Assembly: GCA_045863235.1 (NCBI GenBank)
Contig: BTUM01000004.1
Location: forward strand, 146,982-210,981
DNA length: 64,000 bases
Source: Candidatus Xenobia bacterium
Lineage (GTDB): Bacteria; Vulcanimicrobiota; Xenobia; Xenobiales; QWHO01
Direction: 5' to 3'
Shown in pieces: positions 37,519 to 46,675 of the stretch. Below the pieces are notes generated by a model. That model made no database searches. It worked only from the letters and a program-made list of their open reading frames with translations, and was not told the origin of the DNA. A program made the position numbers and the translations under genes. Within the stretch, counting starts at the first letter, position 1, and each line of letters begins with the position of its first letter.

Positions 37519-37574
37519 GGCCGCGCTTTCGGCCGACCTCCCGCGCTGCCCTGCACTGCCCATCCCAGCAGATG

Positions 37575-38408
37575 CTAGCCTCTCTCTCTTTTCCGAAAGG
37601 CCTCCTTGCGCAACTCCATGACCTTCTCGGGGATCCCCTCCTCGTTGGCATACCTCTGCAGGAACTCGGCCGCCGGTCCCGGTCCCATCAGCCGGGCCAC
37701 GAAGGGCACCGCTGCCATTCGAGCCGGCCTGGAGAGATAACCCAGCCGCCGGGAGACCAGTTGCTGGAACCCCGGCCCCAGACGCTCGAGCCAGGAGTAG
37801 GCCTCCCACGAGACGTCACCGGGACCCTGCCCGAGCAGTTCGAAGAGATCGTCCTCCCAGGCCAGTGGGGAGAGGTCGAGCTTGCGCAGGTGGCGCAGGA
37901 ACGGCATGGTCGCGGCAGGGATGAACTCGCGCACGACCTGGGGATGCTCGCTGAAAAGCTCCATGAAGCTGACCACCTTCTCGAGCTGATCGCCGGCCGG
38001 TGTGCCCAGGAGCCGTAAGTAAGAGCGCAGCAGGGCCTGGGAGGTCAGCTGCTGGCTCTCGAGCATCCAGACGACCAGCCGCAGCCGCACCTTTCCCAGC
38101 CCATCGATCTGGTGCAGGTAAGGCTCGAGGGGCTCGAGGCCGGGCTCCCAGCCAGCCTGACAGCCTCCCCCGCAGGCGTGATAGAGTCGGGCCAGGCGCC
38201 ACAGACGGGCCGGGTTGGTCTCATCGAGCAGGTATTCCGAGCGATGGGCCGCCCCGGAAAGTGCCTCCACCTGCCCCAGTCGGTCCAGGACCGACTCGTC
38301 CTTGCCGCTGGTCACGTAGCGCAGGGCCGCAGCCGAGTGCTTGCCCAGACAGGCAAGATCGGCGCTCAACCCGGGGTGGGCGGTCTCCTTCTTGCCGAAT
38401 GGCCACAT
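37575..38408 (-). CDS. Hypothetical helical-repeat-like protein
   Basis: 277-aa ORF filling the gap between co-oriented genes; Leu-rich helical composition. Confidence 0.6.
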   Translation of the reverse strand: MWPFGKKETAHPGLSADLACLGKHSAAALRYVTSGKDESVLDRLGQVEALSGAAHRSEYLLDETNPARLWRLARLYHACGGGCQAGWEPGLEPLEPYLHQIDGLGKVRLRLVVWMLESQQLTSQALLRSYLRLLGTPAGDQLEKVVSFMELFSEHPQVVREFIPAATMPFLRHLRKLDLSPLAWEDDLFELLGQGPGDVSWEAYSWLERLGPGFQQLVSRRLGYLSRPARMAAVPFVARLMGPGPAAEFLQRYANEEGIPEKVMELRKEAFRKRERG

Positions 38409-38443
38409 CCGTGCATTTTCGCTCCCACCGAGCGCTCAGCCTC

Positions 38444-39049
38444 TCAAGGGTTCAGCAGCCTCCCCAGGAGCAGGGAGGCGAGCAGCAGCAGGGTGATAAC
38501 CAGCGGAGCCAGCACCCGAGCGCGGGCCGAAACCGGAGCCCGCAGCCAGGGGCTGAACCAGCGGTTGGCCAGCGGGATGAGCAGGAATCCGGTGATGGAA
38601 ACGGTGACGATGTTGCCGATCAGCATGCTGGTGGCTGGATCGAGCCCCCTGGTCAGAGGGTGCAGCGGGACATTGGTGATCATGACGGTGGGATACAAGG
38701 TCAGCAGCACCAGCAGAGACTGTTTCCAGGCCGCCGGTGGCTTGCGACCCTCGACCGGGAACCAGCCTTCGAAGGCGTGCAACGAGGTCTTGAGGGCATA
38801 GCCATACTCGAACTGCTGGCGAGCTTTCTGCACCAGGTCGAGGCGGACTTTCGAGTCCACCCAGTCCACCACCTGATCGGTGCTCCCGAACTCCATGATG
38901 GTCCGGTACTGGAGCACGCCGGCGCTCTGGGCGGGCAACTCCTCGAGGCGGCACTCCTGGCAGCCGGCTTTGAGAGCCTCCGCTTCCAGCGCCTTCTCCA
39001 ACTCCAGAAAGAGGGCCTTGCTGGCTGCCGGCACCCGGTGCTCCACCAC
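38444..39049 (-). CDS. Antibiotic-biosynthesis-monooxygenase-like domain with C-terminal TM helices
   Basis: VVEHRV, F.S......W..S..R, FEGWF, PP.WKQ..LVLL.LYP. Start uncertain. Confidence 0.75.
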   Translation of the reverse strand: MVEHRVPAASKALFLELEKALEAEALKAGCQECRLEELPAQSAGVLQYRTIMEFGSTDQVVDWVDSKVRLDLVQKARQQFEYGYALKTSLHAFEGWFPVEGRKPPAAWKQSLLVLLTLYPTVMITNVPLHPLTRGLDPATSMLIGNIVTVSITGFLLIPLANRWFSPWLRAPVSARARVLAPLVITLLLLASLLLGRLLNP

Positions 39050-39421
39050 GAAGCTGGCGCCGGGGTCGTGTCTGGCCTCAGTCTCGGACGGACTCAGGGG
39101 CGCGCACCATCAGCCAGGGTGGCAAGTCTCACCTGCGCGCGCCTCGGGGTTGCAGCCAACTTCATCGTCTCTCCCGAAATTGAAGTGGAGAGGCGGGTTC
39201 GCTGAGGCGACTGTCGCTCCTGCGGGACGGGACCGTCAGGGATCCGGGATGCCCAGCTTGTCCTGCGGGTCGAAGCCTCGGTTGAGTCCGCGCTGGCTGT
39301 GCAGATCGGGAAAGTTCTCGGGGGCGCCTAGCCGCATGATCGTTGCCGCGGCAGAACAGGGTCAGATCTCCCATGGACGCTCTCCCAGGAAGGCATGATC
39401 CGAAGGGGGAATCCAGCTCCC

Positions 39422-39889
39422 GTGAGGATCTTCCTGCGGCTGGCCTTCTTCTTGATCTTGCTCGGGGCCACGGTGGCCGGGGTGTACCTCCTGCCTCGCT
39501 GGAGCGAAGATCGCGATCTACGCTTCCATAACCTGGCCGTGGGCAGCCCCATGGCCCAGCACAAGTTTCACGCTGGCCAGCGCCTGTTCGTGGCCTTCCA
39601 ACTGCGCGGCTGCAGCCGGGGCCGCGACGGCCAGTGTCGCGGGCGCCTGACGGTGAGCAGCAAACCGGAGGGGGTCTTTCAGGACCTGTCCACCCTCAAC
39701 CACCCCTTCACCTTCGAAAAGCGCAGCGCCTACACGTTTCTCGACTACAAGGAGTACCTGGTCATCCGACGCGATTTCGTCGGCCGAGCCGAGCTCGAGT
39801 TCAAGGTCGAAGACGAGGCCGCCCACCGCACGGTGATCGACCGGGTGGTCTTCCAGGTGCTGCCCCCACTGCCGTCCGAAGCCCCTTGA
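39422..39889 (+). CDS. Hypothetical membrane-anchored beta-rich protein
   Basis: N-terminal TM helix; purine-rich RBS-like sequence before GTG 39422. Confidence 0.6.
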   Translation: MRIFLRLAFFLILLGATVAGVYLLPRWSEDRDLRFHNLAVGSPMAQHKFHAGQRLFVAFQLRGCSRGRDGQCRGRLTVSSKPEGVFQDLSTLNHPFTFEKRSAYTFLDYKEYLVIRRDFVGRAELEFKVEDEAAHRTVIDRVVFQVLPPLPSEAP

Positions 39890-39917
39890 GGTCGGGTCGC
39901 TGCACAACAATTGGCCC

Positions 39918-41684
39918 CTAGATCACCACGGGGGGCGGCTCCGGATCGTCCTCCAGCAGGTCCCTCAAAATGGTGTACCCCATCGCAGCGCCCACGATCG
40001 CAGCTCCCGCCAGCGGGTTGAACACGCCCACGGTCATGCCTACCGCCACCGCTCCGTTCACAGCGGCCGACTCGTAGTCGCCCTGGGACAGCTCGTAGCC
40101 AGCGGCTCCCGCGAAGAAGACGGCTCCCAGCACGCCCAGCACCTTCCCGACGGCGGCCACGCGCCCTGTCCCCAGCGTCTCGGCCAGGGCTCCGGACTCG
40201 CCCAGCATGCTGCCCAGGGCCGTCACGGTTGAATCCAGGGAGTGCCAGGTGGAGCTCTGCAACAGCGAATGCAGCGCGACGCCCGCACCCAGGCCAAACA
40301 GCCGCGCCCGCCAGGCAGGCGGCAGGAAGTGCGCCAGGGCGGCTGCATCGCCCATCGTGCGCAGGTTCTGCATCTCGCGGAAGAGCGCGTCCGCGGCCGT
40401 CTCGCCCGGCAGCAGCTTGACAGCCTCGTAGGGCTTGCCGTCGATCCAGACCATCCCCTGGGCGTCCACCTCCAGGGTCTCCTCCCCCACCATGAGCGTG
40501 GCCGTGCCGTCCGGCCGTTCGACGATGCTGACATCCGAGCCCGGGAACCAGCTCTGCGTGGTGACCTCGCCGTTCCGGGTCCGGTTCAGGCTGGTGGCGG
40601 CGAGATGGCCGTTCAGGCTCAGCGCACGCACCGCGGTACCGTCCCCCTCGAGGTCGCCATACTCCTCGACCTTGACCTCGCCGCCGTCCCGAGTGGTCGT
40701 GGTGGTGCTGCGGTAGCCCCGGTCAGTTCCCTCGAGCTCGCCCTCCAACTCCGGCACGGTGTTCCAGCGGAGGAGGACCTGAAGGTCAAGGAAGGTCTCT
40801 TCTTCCAATCCGACAGCTTCCACGGTGTGCGTCGCCACCAGGACCTGATCCCCGTCCATCGTGTAGAAGTGTCCGGTGCGCAGGGTGCCGCCGTCGTTCC
40901 ATACGGCGCGATCCTCGGTCCCCACGGTGGTCACGGTCTGGTCGCCCGAAGTGGCAACCGTCACGCTCAGGAACTGGCCCGATTCCTCTTCGCTCAGATC
41001 TCCCTCGACGTCCAAATCCAGCGGATACTCGGGCGGGCTGACCGGGACGGTGTCGCCCGTTGCCGTGAAGACCTGTTGCTCGTAGGTCGTCGCGGTCCCC
41101 ACCAGAGTTGTCCCCTCAGGGCTGGTGACGGTCATGGTCGTGGTCAGCTCGCGCGTTTCCCCGCGCTCTCCCTCGCGCACCTGGTCGGGGGGCATGCTGG
41201 TGCCCTCCGGAAGGTACTGCTCGACGTCGCCCTCGACGCCTTGTGAGGTTGTCGTTGTGGTCGTCACGACATCGCCGCTCTGAACGACCTGCTCTTCCGT
41301 CCAGCCACCATCGGGGGTACGGGTCAGAGTCTCGGTGTAGAGCACGCCGTCCCGCTCGTAGGTGGTGACCCAGGTGCCGTCGAGCTGGTGCTCCATCGTG
41401 TAAGCGACGCCCTCGTCCTCAAAGGCGTAGACCGTGGCTCCCGTGTTGGGGTCGACCGTGCTGGAGGCGTCGGGGGGAACACCGCGGTGCTCCCCGTCGA
41501 GGTGGATTCCCTGCGCGCCGGCGCTTACGTCGCCGGACTCGTCAGGCGGAGGAGGCGGTGTCGAGAGCTGCACCGTGTCCACCGGGTCGGCGCTTTGCGT
41601 GGAGGCGGTCCGGCTGACGGACTTCGCCGGGAGGGCCATCGAGACGAGCGAGCGAGTTGCGACCGGAGCGATGGTGGAACCCAT
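39918..41684 (-). CDS. Hypothetical 588-aa Thr/Glu-rich protein with C-terminal hydrophobic helices
   Basis: Long ORF with host-like codon usage; no signal peptide; DTVQLS near the N-terminus; Gly/Ala-rich hydrophobic C-terminus. Confidence 0.75.
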   Translation of the reverse strand: MGSTIAPVATRSLVSMALPAKSVSRTASTQSADPVDTVQLSTPPPPPDESGDVSAGAQGIHLDGEHRGVPPDASSTVDPNTGATVYAFEDEGVAYTMEHQLDGTWVTTYERDGVLYTETLTRTPDGGWTEEQVVQSGDVVTTTTTTSQGVEGDVEQYLPEGTSMPPDQVREGERGETRELTTTMTVTSPEGTTLVGTATTYEQQVFTATGDTVPVSPPEYPLDLDVEGDLSEEESGQFLSVTVATSGDQTVTTVGTEDRAVWNDGGTLRTGHFYTMDGDQVLVATHTVEAVGLEEETFLDLQVLLRWNTVPELEGELEGTDRGYRSTTTTTRDGGEVKVEEYGDLEGDGTAVRALSLNGHLAATSLNRTRNGEVTTQSWFPGSDVSIVERPDGTATLMVGEETLEVDAQGMVWIDGKPYEAVKLLPGETAADALFREMQNLRTMGDAAALAHFLPPAWRARLFGLGAGVALHSLLQSSTWHSLDSTVTALGSMLGESGALAETLGTGRVAAVGKVLGVLGAVFFAGAAGYELSQGDYESAAVNGAVAVGMTVGVFNPLAGAAIVGAAMGYTILRDLLEDDPEPPPVVI

Positions 41685-41762
41685 GCCCCAAGACTAGTTC
41701 GGTAACCTTTGAAGAACTTTTGCAACACCCGTTCGAGGAGCACGGCACCATTCAGTCGGCGC

Positions 41763-43139
41763 TTAAACCCAGCCGGTCAGGCAGTAGACCGCGATGACGA
41801 AGAACACCGACAGCGTCTTGATCAGGGTCAGGGCGAAGATGTCCTTGTAGCTCTCGCGATGGGTCAGCCCGGTGATGACCAGCAAGGTGATCACCGCCCC
41901 GTTGTGCGGCAGCGTGTCCATGCCGCCGGAGGCCATCGAGGCCACGCGGTGGAGCACTTCAGGCGATATGCCGAAATGGCGAGCCGCCTCGAGATATTGT
42001 TGACCCATGGCCGCCAGGGCGATGGACATGCCCCCCGAGGCCGAGCCGGTAATGCCGGCCAGCACGTTGACCGAGACCGCCTCGTTGACCAGCGGATGGC
42101 TGAAGGCCGAGCCGATGACAGCCTTAACGGTGGCAAACCCGGGCAGGGCCGCGATCACGCCCCCGAAGCCATACTCTGAAGCAGTATTCAAGCTGGCCAG
42201 CAACGATCCGCTGACGGCCAACTCGAGGCCCTTGCGCAAGCGCTCGCCGATGCGCCGATAGCCCAGCGCCAGGGTGACCAGGATGCCGGCACCGAGGGCC
42301 AGCTCGATGGACCAGATTCCGGCTACTTTAGCCACCTCGACCTCGTGGCCGGCCACGTCCAGGGTGCCCGGATAGGCGGCCTTGAGGTTGAGTAAGCGGT
42401 TCACCGCCGCCACCGTGACCAGGGGCAGCAAGGCCTGAAGCGGGTGGGGCAGGTTCAGGTCGCTGTCGAGCTCGGGCTCGTTCCGGTGCCCTTCGCCGTA
42501 GTCTTCTCCGCGGGCGATGGCCCGGCGCCGCTGCCATTCGAGGTAAGCCATGCCCAGCAGGCCTACGAACAGGGCTCCCAACACCCCCAGTGTGGGCGCG
42601 GCGAAGAGCGTGGTGCCGAAGAAGGTCGTGGGGATGACGTTCTGGATCTGGGGGCTGCCAGGCAGGGCGTCCATCGTGAAGGTGAACGCGCCCAGCGCGA
42701 TGGTGCCGGGGATCAGCCGCTTGGGGATGCGGGCTTGCTTGAAGAGGGTGGCCGCGAAGGGATAGACCGCGAAGGCGACCACGAACAGGCTCACTCCGCC
42801 GTAGGTGAGCAGGGCGCAGGCGGTCACGATGGCCAACATGGCCCGACGGGCCCCCACCAGGCGCACCATGGCCTGGGAAATCGCGCTGGCCGAGCCCGAT
42901 AGCTCGATCAGCTTGCCGAAGACCGCGCCCATCAGGAAGACCGGGAAGTAGAGCTGCAAAAAGCCCACCAGCTTCTCCATGAAAACGTGCGAGTAGAAGG
43001 GGAGAACCTGCTCCGGGCCGAGCGAGAGGGCCACCGCCAGCAGGGCGCACAGAGGAGCGAAGAGGATCACCGACCAGCCCCGGTAGGCCACCAGCATCAA
43101 CAGGGCGAGGGCGAGAAGGACGTAGGCGATATCCAGCAT
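41763..43139 (-). CDS. GntP-family permease (D-beta-hydroxybutyrate permease-like)
   Basis: LTYGGVSLFVVAF, PGSPQIQN, AGITGSASGG, GG.DTLPHNGAV; about 12 TM helices. Confidence 0.93.
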   Translation of the reverse strand: MLDIAYVLLALALLMLVAYRGWSVILFAPLCALLAVALSLGPEQVLPFYSHVFMEKLVGFLQLYFPVFLMGAVFGKLIELSGSASAISQAMVRLVGARRAMLAIVTACALLTYGGVSLFVVAFAVYPFAATLFKQARIPKRLIPGTIALGAFTFTMDALPGSPQIQNVIPTTFFGTTLFAAPTLGVLGALFVGLLGMAYLEWQRRRAIARGEDYGEGHRNEPELDSDLNLPHPLQALLPLVTVAAVNRLLNLKAAYPGTLDVAGHEVEVAKVAGIWSIELALGAGILVTLALGYRRIGERLRKGLELAVSGSLLASLNTASEYGFGGVIAALPGFATVKAVIGSAFSHPLVNEAVSVNVLAGITGSASGGMSIALAAMGQQYLEAARHFGISPEVLHRVASMASGGMDTLPHNGAVITLLVITGLTHRESYKDIFALTLIKTLSVFFVIAVYCLTGWV

Positions 43140-43250
43140 TCCCAGAGGTTACCCGGGGGCGTTGCAAACCTGTTGCAACTCAGCTCGGGCGACGCTCTCA
43201 GGCCCTGCTCGTAGCCTGTGGTGAGAGTCGTTCAAGGTACGCCTCCTGGC

Positions 43251-43279
43251 TTGACTGAGTGTGCGCGGGACTGTAAAAT
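43251..43279 (+). promoter_or_regulatory. Near-consensus sigma70 promoter TTGACT-17-TAAAAT
   Basis: Both hexamers and the 17-bp spacing are seen directly. Confidence 0.7.
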
Positions 43280-43327
43280 TGGGTGATTCTATGGCCGCGC
43301 TTCCGGCCTCCAACGAAGCGACCGTCC

Positions 43328-43726
43328 ATGACCGCAACCTTTGGGCTGCGCCTCTCACCGGACCCCTCCCCCTGGTCGAACCCTCGCCTCCGCAGGCTTA
43401 TCCGCAGGCAAAAGTACCAGCAAAGACGACGACTTCGATCTCATCGCCAGACCCTCGCCATTTATGGTATGCGGGCACTGCGCGGGGTGGATAGCTGCGA
43501 ACCAGAGTATCTGCTCCTTGCCAAAGCCCTCGTGGAGGAGATGGGACCCTCCAGGACTTACCAGGAGAGGGCCTGGCGCCTGCACGAGGTGCTCGAGCGC
43601 TGGTTTCGGCACCGGCATCCGAAACGCCGACACGCAGTCTGCGACTGCGAGTTCTACACGGACGAGCCCTGGTGGAACATGGACCCGGTCGCGCCCGACA
43701 AAGTCATTGAATTCAGCCCGCAGTGA
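43328..43726 (+). CDS. Hypothetical Arg-rich protein
   Basis: ORF downstream of the strong promoter; start uncertain (43283 or 43328); C-terminal H/C cluster (HRH...H..CDC). Confidence 0.45.
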   Translation: MTATFGLRLSPDPSPWSNPRLRRLIRRQKYQQRRRLRSHRQTLAIYGMRALRGVDSCEPEYLLLAKALVEEMGPSRTYQERAWRLHEVLERWFRHRHPKRRHAVCDCEFYTDEPWWNMDPVAPDKVIEFSPQ

Positions 43727-43755
43727 CGTGAGAGCCTATGCGACTCTGATCGGGC

Positions 43756-44406
43756 TTAAGGCAGAGCCTCCCAGAAGCAACGTCGAATGGCCGAAGCCCC
43801 AAGAACGCTCGGCTCGATATCAAATGAGTAGAACCTGTCCTTCTGGCCTGCGAAGGCCGCGTTGATGTCAGCCAGGTAAGCACCGCAACCTACCGCAATT
43901 TCTCGCAGCGCGACGTTATACTCTGGAAGCAGGTGGGTCGCTGGCTCGAACCAGCGAGCGCCGCTAGGCAACTGGCCCGTTCCATCAGTCGGGTCGTAGA
44001 TGTTACCCATCACCAGAGTAAGGTCGTGATATGCCGCAGCCAGCTGGCTGATAGCCAGCTCGATTCGTTGTCGGAGAGTGTTGATATTTTCCCCGCCGGT
44101 CGGCCGAAGTCGACCGATAAGGTCATTACCGCCGATCGTCAAAGTGACAAGAACCGGTCCTGATGCCTCCGGGAGATCCTGTAGTGTGCTCAGCAGGCCG
44201 CGACTGTCCAACCCGTTTCTGGCCCGCGGAACCATCCTACAGGCCGGGCTCAGGTGCAGCAGATCCCGGCCCCGGAACTCGGGGTGCCGCTCGTCATGAT
44301 TGGAATACAGCAAGGACGCGGCCCCCAGGCCCGGACCAGCGTAATCATCGATGCTCATGCTGTCGCCTAGAGAAAGGTACAGCTCAAAGCTGTGAGAAGG
44401 CATCAC
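43756..44406 (-). CDS. SGNH/GDSL hydrolase family protein
   Basis: LGDSMS, TIGGND, NIYDP; block V reads DIEP. Confidence 0.85.
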   Translation of the reverse strand: MMPSHSFELYLSLGDSMSIDDYAGPGLGAASLLYSNHDERHPEFRGRDLLHLSPACRMVPRARNGLDSRGLLSTLQDLPEASGPVLVTLTIGGNDLIGRLRPTGGENINTLRQRIELAISQLAAAYHDLTLVMGNIYDPTDGTGQLPSGARWFEPATHLLPEYNVALREIAVGCGAYLADINAAFAGQKDRFYSFDIEPSVLGASAIRRCFWEALP

Positions 44407-45242
44407 TCAACAAACGACTTGAAACGCTGGCCGAACTCGGGGTGGTCTACCAGATCATTGTGACCGGCTCCCTCAACTCGCCATAAAGTGGAGCCGGGAC
44501 AAGCTTCGTGAAGCTTCTGGCCCATCTCGAACGGGATCGTCTGGTCCTTGTCGCCGTGCATGATGAAGACCGGGATTTTCAGGTGCTTGATGCGAGCGAG
44601 GTTGTCGTAGCCGTCGATCTGGCGGGCAGCCACCTCGCCCTTGCGGTGGCGGGCAACGTCGGTGGTGCTGGTGAACGTGGCTGTGAGCACCAACCCGGCA
44701 CAGGGGCGCTCCTCGGCGAGATAGGTCGCCACGCCGCCTCCCAGGGAATGGCCGTAGAAGATGAGCTGCTCTGGCTTGAAGCCTCTGCGGAGGGCCTCGT
44801 CGTAGGCCGTCAGGGCGTCGAGGTAGAGCCCTTGCTCGCTCGGTTCGCCCTGGCTCTCGCCATATCCCCGGTAATCCACCGCCAGGACGCCCAGGTCAAG
44901 CTGGCGCAGGCATTGGAACACCCCGCCGGAGCCGGTCAGGTTGCCGCCGTTGCCGTGGAAGTAAAGGACCAGCGGTCTACCCTCGGGCGGGGCGAGATAC
45001 CAGGCTTGCAGCTTCAACGCATCGGGCGTGGTCAGCGTAAGTCTCTCCACGCCGGCCGGCAGGTCCTCGTAACGCTCCTTGCTGGGGAAGTAGAAGACGG
45101 AGCGCTCCAGCGCGGTATCTGGCTCGGCTTTCACGGGTGTCGCGGACGCCGCAGGATGAGACGCGGTCTGCGAGGGCTCCGTGGTGGCCGACGTCGAGAC
45201 GCAGCCTGTCACAAGCAGAGCTGCCAGGAGAAGCTGTTTCAT
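44403..45242 (-). CDS. Alpha/beta hydrolase lipoprotein (ABHD13/BEM46-like)
   Basis: Lipobox VTGC; FHGNGGN, DYRGYG.S.G.PSE.G, GHSLG, HG.KD, GAGHN. Confidence 0.92.
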   Translation of the reverse strand: MKQLLLAALLVTGCVSTSATTEPSQTASHPAASATPVKAEPDTALERSVFYFPSKERYEDLPAGVERLTLTTPDALKLQAWYLAPPEGRPLVLYFHGNGGNLTGSGGVFQCLRQLDLGVLAVDYRGYGESQGEPSEQGLYLDALTAYDEALRRGFKPEQLIFYGHSLGGGVATYLAEERPCAGLVLTATFTSTTDVARHRKGEVAARQIDGYDNLARIKHLKIPVFIMHGDKDQTIPFEMGQKLHEACPGSTLWRVEGAGHNDLVDHPEFGQRFKSFVE

Positions 45243-45425
45243 CCGCTGAGGTTCGCTGCCAGGAACTCGTGGACCTCGCGGTGGGATCTTCACCACGGCC
45301 GACGCTCCCCGATTGCCAGCTCTGGCCAGACTCCGCTCTGTGACCCGGAGCACAAGCCTCCTGTGTGGCCGGGCACAGAAGTGCCAGCCGACCAGGGGTA
45401 GGATCACGTGCAGGAGGACGAAACG

Positions 45426-45803
45426 ATGCAGATTTCAAGCTTCATGAGCCGCGCCGCCAGGGCCCTGACGCACCTGTGGAACCTGGCCACGGACGATGAC
45501 TACTGCTTGCTGGCCGACTTTGTGGCCGAGCCTGTTCCGGGACTGACCTGGGTTGGAGCAGCTGAGCCGAAAACGGCTCCGCTCACTCGCAAAATGCCAA
45601 TCGAGGAGTTGCGAGCCCTGGGCCATCACGCCCGGCGGGTGCGCGTGGGCACCCAGACGAGGAAGCTCTCCCTGGCCGAGCTACCGCCCGCAGCCCGACT
45701 CGGGTTGTTTCAGCCCGAGCTGGCAGTGGACTCCGAGCGGGTGGTCTGGCCCGAGCTCGAGCTGGGCGAATTCGTTCTGGAGGGTGATCCCTGCCCCAAC
45801 TAA
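45426..45803 (+). CDS. Hypothetical protein
   Basis: GGAGG RBS before ATG 45426; fills the gap between the flanking minus-strand genes. Confidence 0.5.
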   Translation: MQISSFMSRAARALTHLWNLATDDDYCLLADFVAEPVPGLTWVGAAEPKTAPLTRKMPIEELRALGHHARRVRVGTQTRKLSLAELPPAARLGLFQPELAVDSERVVWPELELGEFVLEGDPCPN

Positions 45804-45814
45804 GGCGGCACCCC

Positions 45815-46675
45815 TCAGGCGCTCCGAATCGGCTGCCCGCAGTCGTGGCAGAAGGCAGCGTGAGCCGGGACGGTCACCCCGCAGGCCGGGCAGGAGGGTG
45901 TCGTGGACTTGCCGCAGACCGAGCAGAACCTGGCCCCGTCCACCAGCTCTGAATGGCAGGAACGGCACGATCCTCCGGAGCCCGCTCTGGCGGTCGGTCG
46001 CTCCTCGGGAGTCGGCCCGTCGACCGGGGCAGCGCAAGCCCCCTCCTGAGCCTGAGCCGACTCCTCCCTCCGAGCTGGCTCCTCAGCTCGAGTTTTTTTT
46101 GCCGTTGCTTTCCCCTTGCTCTTGCCCGGAGCCACCTGGCGGACCGCCGTCCCCAACCAGCGCAGCCAGTCGCCCCCCAGCGACTCCTCGGCGGCGCCCT
46201 CCCAACTCGCCCCCGGAGCCAGTTGCCCACTCGGGATGGGGCGCTCCAGGGCCTTGTCCAGCCTCGCGTCCTGGGCGCGGGAGCGCTCCTTAAAGGCGGT
46301 CTCGTCCACACACTCTGTCGCCGTCAGCACATAGGCCGCGCATTCATATCCTGCCAGGCAGTCGCCCGAAGTGCGAAAGGTCAGGCTCAGGCTCGAGTCT
46401 CCCCAGGCCAGCACCAGGTCTGACCCGCGCAGCAGCAGCGCGAAATCATCACCCGAGGAGAGCGAGCGCTCGCCCTCTACCCGGCAGGCCGGCCACTCCT
46501 CTCCGGGCGCCCAGACCACGGAGCCCAATAGAGCCTCTGCCTGGCCGGCCAGGGCCCGGGCCTGGGCCAGGGCAGTGGGGCTGCCCGCCTGCAGGGCCTG
46601 TCCCAGCCCTTCGGCCTGGGCGATCAGGCCCTGGGCCAGCGGGCGGGCCGGAGCCGGCAGGTGGCCCTCAGTCAC
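45815..46675 (-). CDS. Protein with C-terminal double zinc ribbon
   Basis: CRSC...ARFCSVCG...CPACG...AAFCHDCG; 8-bp overlap with the upstream gene. Confidence 0.8.
   Translation of the reverse strand: MTEGHLPAPARPLAQGLIAQAEGLGQALQAGSPTALAQARALAGQAEALLGSVVWAPGEEWPACRVEGERSLSSGDDFALLLRGSDLVLAWGDSSLSLTFRTSGDCLAGYECAAYVLTATECVDETAFKERSRAQDARLDKALERPIPSGQLAPGASWEGAAEESLGGDWLRWLGTAVRQVAPGKSKGKATAKKTRAEEPARREESAQAQEGACAAPVDGPTPEERPTARAGSGGSCRSCHSELVDGARFCSVCGKSTTPSCPACGVTVPAHAAFCHDCGQPIRSA

Noticed and set aside
39100..39200. Fluoride riboswitch-like GATGAAGT...AACC...GCTGATG on the minus strand
   Set aside because: The P1 and pseudoknot complements do not pair.
43756..44406. Genomic island or mobile element around the lower-GC-looking SGNH gene
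   Set aside because: No integrase, transposase, tRNA target or flanking repeats; the composition shift was judged only by eye.
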